Shown: positions 54,940 to 64,000 of the stretch, in pieces
Layout of the letters: each line of letters begins with the position of its first letter
Position numbering within the stretch: position 1 is the first letter of the stretch
Source: Eledone cirrhosa
Taxonomy: Eukaryota
Assembly (NCBI GenBank): GCA_964016885.1
Contig: OZ024742.1
Coordinates: forward strand, 260,772,001 to 260,836,000
Reading direction: 5' to 3'
DNA length: 64,000 nt
Notes under the pieces: generated by a model
Told to the model about the DNA's origin: nothing
The model's input: the letters and a program-made list of their open reading frames with translations, nothing else
Databases searched by the model: none
Program-made: the position numbers and the translations under genes

Positions 54940-55807
54940 TTAGTGATCCCCTCTGGCTTCTCAACATTCTCTACCAGATATTTTGTTTTAGTCTCATTCA
55001 TTCTCAGCCCCACACTCATCGACAGTCTCAACCTCCCGCATCAAATCCTCTGCCTCCTTCACTGTATTTGTCACCAAAACTATGTCGTTGGCAAATTCAG
55101 CATCTGATACCTTTTTCACCTTAACTCTCCTGCTCTGAGCTGGTGCTACAGTAAAGCCAGAGTCCTGGTGTTTCTCCAGTGCAAGGCGCATACAATAGTC
55201 CACTACGATGATAAAAAGGTAATGTATGTGGGAAGCTACTAGAATTGGTTGAGGGCTTCCTGTATTTGGGAGCAAAGATTGGGAATACAGAAGATGATGT
55301 GGTTGAGAGGAAGAGCAAAGCCTGGGCAGCATGCCACAGCTTGAGATCGGTGTGAAAGTCGGACCTTCGTAAAGACCTGAAAATCCGCCTCTTCATTGCT
55401 GTAGTGGAGTCTGTGCTGCTGTACAGGTCTGAGACTTGGACACTGACCAAGAAACTCACTCAGATGGTGGATGGGTGCTACACGAGAATGCTGAATATGG
55501 CTCTGATCATTAATCAGTATACACTGAGCTGTATGGGAGCCTCCCAAAAGTCAGCTCAAAAGTGACACAGAGGAGACTGAGGTTAGCTGGACATGCTCAT
55601 CGACATCCAGAGTTGACATTGCACTCAGTGTTCCTGTGCGAGCCCCTACATGGACACACTGGAAGAGGAAGACCAAGGTTAATGTATGTTGATGTCCTAA
55701 GGACAGACACTGGTCTGTTGGAGACACAGGACATGGCAGCGATAATGAGGGACAGAGACCGCTGGAGAGAACTCATCCATGGATCTTGGGAATTTTACCC
55801 GCCCTAG
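54940..55807 (+). mobile_element. 5'-truncated RTE-group LINE with inverted 5' segment
   Basis: Minus strand 54940-55225: LFIIVVD..FANDIVL..GLRMNETKTK. Plus strand 55235-55807: FLYLG..VLLYRSETW..RRLRLAGH..GRP. Confidence 0.8.
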
Positions 55808-56617
55808 ATATATATATATATTCTATCACTATTGCTAAGGAGTGTAATTGATGGTGTATTTGTCCAAAGGTTTTAGCAATGTAGGTGAAGTAGTGTTTTG
55901 TAATGGTATGGTTCATTGTTAGTGTCATTTTGGATTTTTTTCTGAAGGTTGTTTGGTTTGTATTGTGGGGATTTGGTGTAAATGTTTAGATGTGTGTGAA
56001 TATCTTCTATCACTATTGCTGAGAGGTGTAATTGAAAGTGTATCATTATGTGGAACCAGTGTATATGTCCTAATGTGTATGTTAGTCCATGGGAAATATT
56101 TTGGCATTGGTGTAATTGTAGCAAATAGTCATACCCTCTGCGATTATGAAGAGGTTTGATGTTGAGGTAAGTTTTATGTATCCTGTCTACAAAATGTAAC
56201 AAGTTTGCTCTTTCTGTTGAGTAGTTGTTCATTAACAAACAGTAAGTTTATAGTTTTCTTGGAGTAGAGGTTGCATGGATGGTGTCAACTAGTGTATGGT
56301 TTGGCTTAGGTCAAGATACTCTATTGCAATTTGAAAGGTGTATTTTTTCCTCATATAATGCCACAACCATGGTTTCTGAAACTCAAGATACAACACCAGG
56401 AATTCCAAGAAATTGAAATAGCCAATTTGACTTGTATCCCACTCCAAAAAATATTTTGGCTTAAGTTTAATATATTCTAATACTTCTCTGAGTGGATAAT
56501 TAGTTTATTAATTTATTAATGTATCTTGCCCTTGAGATACCTACATATTAGAGACAGTTAACTTTATTGAGTTATAAATATATATATATATATAAATGCA
56601 GACACATATATACATAC

Positions 56618-56813
56618 ACACTGTAAATGTGGTTGGTGTTAGGAAGAGCATCCAGCTGTAAAATACCCATCCAAATTTATAGTCCTTGCCAGATCAAGGT
56701 GTGACATGGCTAACCATGGCCAGACATGCTTCCCGGCATGGATGACCCGTCTAACCCATGCACGCCTGGAAGAATTGTTGCTAAACGGAAATGATGATGA
56801 TGATGATGATGAT
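56618..56813 (+). mobile_element. SINE/RTE 3'-end fragment
   Basis: CTGTAAATGTGGTTGGTGTTAGGAAGAGCATCCAGCTGTA..ACCCGTCTAACCCATGC..(GAT)n. Confidence 0.75.
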
Positions 56814-56849
56814 AATATATATATATATATAAAAACACACACACACACA

Positions 56850-58880
56850 TCTATATATATAAAATAGCTCATTTGTTTGTCTGTTGTCTTCAATGCACTT
56901 GAAAACCAGTGGACCAATCATGTTCAAACTTGGCATGTGAGTTCTTTAAACTTAAGAATAGGTTTTCCTCACACTTGGACCTATATTCATTTGTTTATAT
57001 GTTTCTTTGTGTTTGTCAATCTGTGGTCGTCTTGAGTTATCGTCTTCACTACGATGGAATATGACGGAAAATAGAGAGAATGAAGAAGTGAGAATTCGAG
57101 AGAAAGCATACATGGAATGAAATAGTGTTGAAAGTGAAAGATGGAACTAAGCAAGTAGGTTAACAATGCATGAATGAAGAGATAAAGAAAGTGAAGAAAG
57201 TGAGCAACACGTGTTTAACATAGTTGCCAACACTAAAGCAATAAATATATGCTTGCTTCGGTATTGAACGCCCCTCTCTCCTGCATGAAAGGAGGTACGA
57301 CTAAAACAGGTGAGTGACATGCATTTAATCAACAACACATTCCTGCTTAAATATCATAATCTTCCCTCTCCTCTATTGGCTGCAGCACATTTTGTCACAC
57401 ATTCTTTATATCTCTTCCATACATCATATCTACTTAATATTTAGCCTGTGAACAAAAAGACCTTCATACTATTTGAGAGCATTGTGTTTATATTTTACTG
57501 CATGCTAAGGGAAGAAACTCTGAGTAAGTCATGTTTGTAGTTGGTGGTGCAGTGACATTGTTGACATCTCACCGTTACCATGACTACCAACGTTATTTTT
57601 CCAAACTCAAGAAAACTTCTAGATATAAGCTTAAAAGCAGAGGCAATGAAGCATAGTTCCAGCTAGATCCTGTCAACAAAATCTCCATGCGGCTTAACTG
57701 ACCTGGATGCAGCCCAGAGTGTAAGAAAGTTAAAGGTTGAAACACTTGTGTAAGGAGTGTTTCTTCTCTGAAACCTTCTGCTCTTAGTGTATATGTGTGT
57801 GTATCAAGCTCTCATTAAATTTTGGGTTCCTTATTTGATTTATGGAAACACTACTAAAAATAACACATGTGAAATCTGTAACATTTTTTTGCATATTCAT
57901 TTCTGTTAGTTCTTAGTTGTTGTTTCCGAAAAATAACTGAAAGTTAATGCAGTGAGTTCTCATTTAACAACATTTGACTCAACATAGATCCATCATTAAC
58001 ACAAAAATTTTAATTTTTAGATGAATAATAGTGGCTTTGAAGCTGCCAGCAAAAAAATGCCTCTGAAGAATAGACCTTCATTTGGAAGAAAATTTCATAA
58101 AGCAGCTACAAAGGGAGAATGAAAGTGAAGAGCAGCATCAAAAAACACTCAAAGAACAAAGAAAAGCAACAATAAAATATGAGCAAAATGAATCAGAGGA
58201 ACAAAGATCAAAAAGGCTTGCTGAAGAAAGGACAATGGAAGAAACTTCTCATCAAGAGGAATTAGATATATGAAAATCATTAAGACAGCAAATAGAGAGA
58301 AATAGAGCAGCTCAAAGGCGGTATGAAGAAACTGAAGCTCAAACAACTCAAAGGCTATGTGAATAGAGAGCAAGAACAGAAGATTTATGATTTTAAAAGG
58401 TTGTCAAGTGGAACTTTGTTGCTTTTAGTTACAATCCACATCAAGACTATGCCTCAAAACCTTTAATTTGAATTTCCTCAATGAACAAAATTTGTCCAAA
58501 GTGTGGTGCTAAAAAATGGAATAGTGAGTCAACTGGATTGTGCTGTTTGAATGAAAAGATTAAGTTTAAACTATTACCTTGAACCACCCTGAGAGGACTG
58601 CTGATTGGTGTAACTACTGAATCAAGACTCTCTTCAAAATATCCAGAAGTACAATAATACATTCCAAATGACAACATCTGATGTAAATGCCATCCATGAA
58701 GGTGGCTTTATACCCACTTTCAAGATCTAAGGGCATGTGTACTACAGAATTGGACGACTTCAGTCACTTTTAGAAGAACCAAAATATTTACAAATGTATT
58801 TCTTCAGTGATATGAAAACCCAAACACAGTCAAGATATGAAAGAAATGAAGAAACTAAGTATGAAATCATATGTGATTGT
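56850..58880 (+). mobile_element. Degenerate autonomous Helitron, 5' portion
   Basis: A|TCTATATATATAAAA start; ESEEQ-rich repeats; CPKCGAKKWNSESTGLCC zinc motif; PTFKI*GHVYYRIG and PKYLQMYF motifs typical of the RepHel N-terminus; many stops. Confidence 0.75.
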
Positions 58881-60013
58881 GTGTGTGTGTGTGTGTATGC
58901 ATGTATATGTATATAAATTTAGTTACACTCTATCACCACTTCTGGTTTTCACCAGTATCATTTCTTTTGATTTCTAATTCCTTAGGAAATTGTTTAACCA
59001 ACTGCTTTTGTTAATTGCTTTATTTGTTTTGTTTTTTTTCTCTCTAAGACTTAAGTTTTGATAATTATCAATGTTTTAAATAAAATTTTAATCAATATCT
59101 TATATTTAAAATGTTTTTAGACTTTATAATAAATTTTAGACTTTTTAGATCTAAAAATTTTTAATTTGCTATTTTTGACCAAAATAAGTTTTTTTCTGCC
59201 ATTTCAAACTTTCATAGACTTAGACTTTTTAGTAAAATATTGTGCTACTAATTACCTAGGTTATAAGACATAAAAATAGACATTAAGTAGCACTGATACC
59301 ATAAACATGAATTATATCTACAACAGTGACCAATTACTTTACACATTATTCTCGTCATGTATTCATTTGTAAGCTTTGATCAAGCCCTGTCAACCGTTTT
59401 TTTTTTCCCATCAGTGAATGGTCTCATCATAGAATCCTATTATGATACATTACCCCAAACTGGTCAATCAAACCCTAACCATGTTCCACAGAGATAGATT
59501 TGAACAATATTAAATCAAACAGATTTATTTTCTATTGAAATGGTAATAGCTTAACAATAGGACAGAAAATCTTTATATTTACACTGAAGTATAGAGTATT
59601 AAAGTGAATAATGGTCTTACTAGTCTTAACAAGTAACATCATACACACACACAAAATAATTAGAATTTATTATTTTCTGAGCAACATATATGATTCTACC
59701 AACGTCTTATTATAGCAGTTGCCTTTGAGCACACAAGCTTACTAACAATTAGCGATAAGTTTGTTTTCAGAAGTTTATTGGATTTTCTGTGCTCCTTTTA
59801 TGGACGGAATGCCCACTGATGAGATTCCGCCAGTCTGAAATTAAATCATAACTGTTAATTAGTAATTTTTATAAAACTGCAATTAACAGTTTGGCTGAAT
59901 TGAAACCACACGATCAATACCCTCAATGTTTCAATATTAATTTTATTAATCGCCCTAGTATACTTCATTTGGGTATTATTACTTTACTTCTAAACGAGTA
60001 TATTACTGTTACA

Positions 60014-60185
60014 AGCCTTCACGCATGTGCTGTACGGACCAGCCTTCGTGCATGCGCAGTACGGACCAGCCTTCACGCATACGCACTTCGGACCAGACTT
60101 CGCGCATGCGCACTTCGGACCAGACTTCGCGCATGCGCACTTCGGACCAGACTTCGCGCATGCGCACTTCGGACCAGACTTCGCA
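60014..60185. repeat. 27-bp minisatellite, ~6 copies
   Basis: CGGACCAGACTTCGCGCATGCGCACTT units. Confidence 0.92.
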
Positions 60186-61700
60186 CTGGTTTCAGCTTCC
60201 TCGAGAAAAATGCCAAAGGTTGTTGGTTTCCAGCGTTGAACTGCTGTAAAACTGCTGCCACAGCAGTATCAGATGCATCAACACAAAGCTGGTACCAGGT
60301 GGGCTAGCAAAGATGAACTAGCGAGTGCTGTCTTGGCAGTCTGGAAGTCTTGAAGCTGTCCTTGTGTTAAGGAAATATCCTCATTCTTCTTACAACGATT
60401 TTTCAAAATGTCAGTAAGGGAAGATAGCAAATTAGCACAATGAGCAACGAAACGCCTATAGAAATTGATTAGGCCTAAGAAGTGACGCAACTGGTGAAGT
60501 GTAGTAGGCGGAGGTAAATCCTGTTTGGCTTGAACTCGCTGAGGGAGCGGCCTAATACCTTCGGCGTCGATGAGGTGGCCTAAAAAATTTAGCGAAGTGG
60601 AACCGAAAACACACTTTGCGGGATTCACATGAACGCGGTAATCCTGAAGTCGCCGAAATAAGAGATGCATGTGGCGCATATGCTCTTCCAGAGAGGAACT
60701 AGCCATGAGAATATCGTCTATGTAAGCATAAACGAAGTCCAGACCACGAGTGACTTCGTCTATGAACCACTGAAAAGTGCTAGCGGCGTTCTTGAGTCCG
60801 AAAGGCATGGTAAAAAATTCGAAGGATCCGAAAGGAGTTGTAATCGCCGTTTTCGGAATATCCTCCTTCCTGACCGGAATTTGGTGGTAGGCTCACACTA
60901 AATCTAGTTTGAGAAAATCTTACACCCCTGCAATGAAGATGCGAAATCCTGGAGATGGGGAATGGGATACCTATCTGGGACGGTCATAGCATTTAACCTC
61001 CTATAATCCCCAATGGATCTCCAGTCGCCAGAAGTCTTGGGCACCATGTGTAACGGTGAAACCCAAGGACTCGTAGATGGGCGAATAATGCCCAGCTGCA
61101 GCATCTGCTCGAACTCGGACCGTGCTGCCTTTAATTTGTCCGCTGGTAAGCGGCGTGGACGCGAAAACACTGGATCACCGGTGGTGGAAATGAAATGTTC
61201 AGTTGAGTGTGTTGGTTCAGTGACTCGAAAATTTCCATCGGTGAGCTCCGGGAAAGAACCTAACAACGAATGGTAGGCGTCTCCAGCGGCAGCGATGAAG
61301 AATATGGGGCTGACTGTTTGGAGCATTGGCTTTCCGGCCACGAATTGAAAAACCGGTGATGTCATCCACCAGGCGTTGGCCACGGACGTCCACAGTCAAA
61401 GAGAAGTTGTGGAGGAAATCCGCTCCTAAGATAGGGTATGGCAAATCGGCAACCGTAAAAATCCACTTAAAACCCTACGAAGATTTAGGAATTTGAGAGG
61501 AAGCGAGATTTGCCCGTACGTCTTTATAGACGAGTGATTAACTGCCTGCAGCGTAACAGATGACTCTATGGGGGTATCTTTCAGGCAATGGACCGGCCAA
61601 ATACTACAGGAGGCTCCTGTATCCACGAGGAAACCTCTTCCTGACCTAAGGTCTTTAATGAAGAAATGGCGGTTTGGTGGCTTTATGTTGAGGTCAACTG
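60186..61700 (-). pseudogene. Gypsy/Ty3 pol fragment (protease, RT, start of RNase H), frameshifted
   Basis: [58 protein letters not shown]. Confidence 0.92.
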
Positions 61701-62470
61701 CCCCCATCGCGGACCTCTTTGGCGTTTTCCGCCTTATGAAACGAGCAAGGTTGCACGCAGTGGTTCGCGCTCTCGGCAAATCGCTCATGGTACCAGCATA
61801 AAGATGAAGCTGGAGATCTCCCGCGGGCGCAAACGGGCACCACACCAGACCTTCATCTTCTGGATCTCCAGGGTGAGTTCCTGAATGGACTTCTGCATCG
61901 CCATAATGGGTGAGTGAGATGCCATTGTTATACCGTAGGTAATCTGCAAAAAAATCGTCTCCGTTTGGAGAAATGTCTCCAACACGAGGGAAAAGGAAAA
62001 CAAAATCGCTTATTTTTCTGTCAAACAACTGGATAGGAAAAAGAATGCATCCAAGACAATATGCAAAGGAGCGACTAACCGAGCGATGTCATTAATAAGG
62101 TATAGGCAGGGAATTTAAAACTAAAACCAACATGGCGGACTATTTCGCGCCAAATACACTATTGAAGGAGAAGAAAGCTGCCATCTTGTCTTCCTCAAAA
62201 ATGTTAGCCAGAGAAAAGAAGAAAAGGAGAAAAAAAAGAAAAAAACATTCATACAATTGCTGTTTGTTTGTGTGTAAATAACTTTGGGTGTTCGTTTTGC
62301 ACATATGAAGAGTTTGATGTTAAGTGTTACAGAGAAATATGTTTAGATCGGTCAATACAGCCATATCAGAATCAAGTGTGTTGTTCTGTATTAAATGTTT
62401 TTTTTCTCTCTTTTTTTTTTATATACACATGGTACCATTTCCCATTATTTAAAAAAAAAACAAAAAAAAA

Positions 62471-62484
62471 ACGTCAGGTCACCA
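62471..62484 (-). promoter_or_regulatory. Putative primer-binding site
   Basis: TGGTGACCTGACGT, 1 nt inside the putative LTR end. Confidence 0.6.
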
Positions 62485-62485
62485 A

Positions 62486-63080
62486 TTTAGGATATTAGTT
62501 TCAGTGTATATATATTATCAAGAATGACAATAAATGCAGGTGAGTGTTGTGACATAGTTTTACTTCACAGAAGTCAAATAAATTAATATAAATAATTGTT
62601 ACCACATGTTGATAGTCAGTTGGTCACAACTCCCAGACTGGAGTGTGTGGAGAAGAACAGAAATCTTCTCTTGGTAAGGTTCAAGTGTTTCTTTAGGCTG
62701 CTGGTTTTCTTCTTGTTGTGGGCGAAGGAAGTGCGAGAGAATTGCCTCGCATGTGTTAGGAAGGGCATCCAGCTGTAGAAATCAAGCCAAATCAGTTCCT
62801 GTATGAGCAAGGCATGGTCAGCCGACCAGACACTGCCCACCACAGGACAACCCGTCTAACCCATGCTAGCGTGGAAGAACGGACGTAAAACGGTGATGAT
62901 GATGATGATGATAGTCCCCAGGGGGACACAACTCCATTTAGTACATGGATCTGCCACTGGGAGTCGCGACCGTCACAAAGGGACACAACTCCTATACGTA
63001 TCTGCCACTGGGAGTCGCGACCGTCGCAAAGGGACGCAATTCCTATACGTACTGAGTTACAGCCATAAGGGGCCGCTACA
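62486..63080 (-). mobile_element. Putative Gypsy LTR
   Basis: Minus strand starts TGTAG and ends CTAAA (CTACA with one change), followed by the PBS and preceded by the integrase end. Internal ~51-bp duplication at 62949-63050. Confidence 0.55.
62753..62912 (+). mobile_element. 160-bp RTE family A 3'-end insertion
   Basis: About 2 mismatches relative to 53321-53480; (GAT)n tail. Confidence 0.92.
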
Positions 63081-63134
63081 GATTCATTGAAGTGTACAAA
63101 TTAGCCAAAATGTTGACCAGGTGGAGAATTTGTA

Positions 63135-64000
63135 CTTACCCGAAAATCTTGCACATATTGTGTGGGCCATCGGACTGTTCTTCCCGATTTGGTGTGTCAG
63201 GGTTGTGCAGAATTTGTAGTGTTTGTGTCGGGTAAAGTTGTTGGTGAGTCTGTTGGAGAAAAGGCAGTAACTGGTGGCATATCCTGTTCCATGAATGCTT
63301 TTTTTTCATCGGTCAATGGAGACAGTATTTCGTTTTCCGTTTATATCGAGGACGAAATACTTTGATTGTTTATGCATTATTTTATAAAGCCCGGAATACA
63401 GTGGATGAAGTTGACACGGGATACTGTCATTCCGAACGAAAACATGCGTCCAAGTATTGATGTCCTTTGGTACATGTGAAGTGACGTGTTTTTGTCTAGG
63501 GGCTGAAGTAGACAAATGCGACATAGATGACCGTAAATGATGTACATATTTTGCTGGGTCTGGAAGTTCTTGTGGCGAAACAGGGGCGATCATTTGCCCA
63601 GGTAAAGTGAGTGCTGTGCCATAAACCAGTTCAGCTGGAGTATTTCCGATTCCCTCCTTAACAGTGGGATGAATACCAAGTAGAATGAGTGGGAGGTGAT
63701 GAACCAGTTAGCGGAGTCTGGGTAAGCCTTGATGGCTGCTTTCAGCTGACGGTGAAAGCGTTCGACCATGCTGTTAGCTGCAGGGTGATAAGCTGTTGTA
63801 CGGATGTGTTTACATCCAAGAAGACGAGTCAGCTCGGTAAAGAGGTGAGAATCAAACTGACACCCTCTGTCCATAGTGATGGTCACAGGTGTGCCGAAAC
63901 GCAAACCCAGTGAAACACTAGTGTTTTGGCGACAGTTTCCACGGAAATATCCGCCAGGGAAAAAGCTTCTGGCCAGCGAGAAAATCAGTCAACACAGGTG
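63135..64000 (-). pseudogene. Gypsy integrase fragment (runs off the window)
   Basis: [58 protein letters not shown]. Confidence 0.92.

Overview
AT-rich animal genomic DNA, most likely octopus. This is inferred from the YHCDICGK-type C2H2 array, tRNA-headed SINEs, RTE LINEs with (GAT)n tails and kb-scale interrupted (TA)n arrays; it was not checked against a database. There is one host gene, a tandem C2H2 zinc-finger exon (~6.8-8.0 kb). The rest is (TA)n microsatellite and transposons: several RTE-clade LINEs (one with an intact 1002-aa APE-RT ORF carrying a PHD-type finger inside the RT), two Penelope-like element (PLE) families, three Helitron-type elements, SINEs and Gypsy fragments. The most notable signal is a ~310-bp tandem repeat (39.4-41.2 kb) with a type I hammerhead ribozyme in every unit, i.e. 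a retrozyme-like array expected to give ~310-nt (circular) RNAs. It flips orientation 5 nt from the predicted cleavage site and ends in (TA)n. Both PLE families also carry hammerheads and end in (TA)n, and one forms a 2.4-kb-arm head-to-head palindrome. Together these suggest a (TA)n-targeting PLE/retrozyme system. All motif calls were made by eye.
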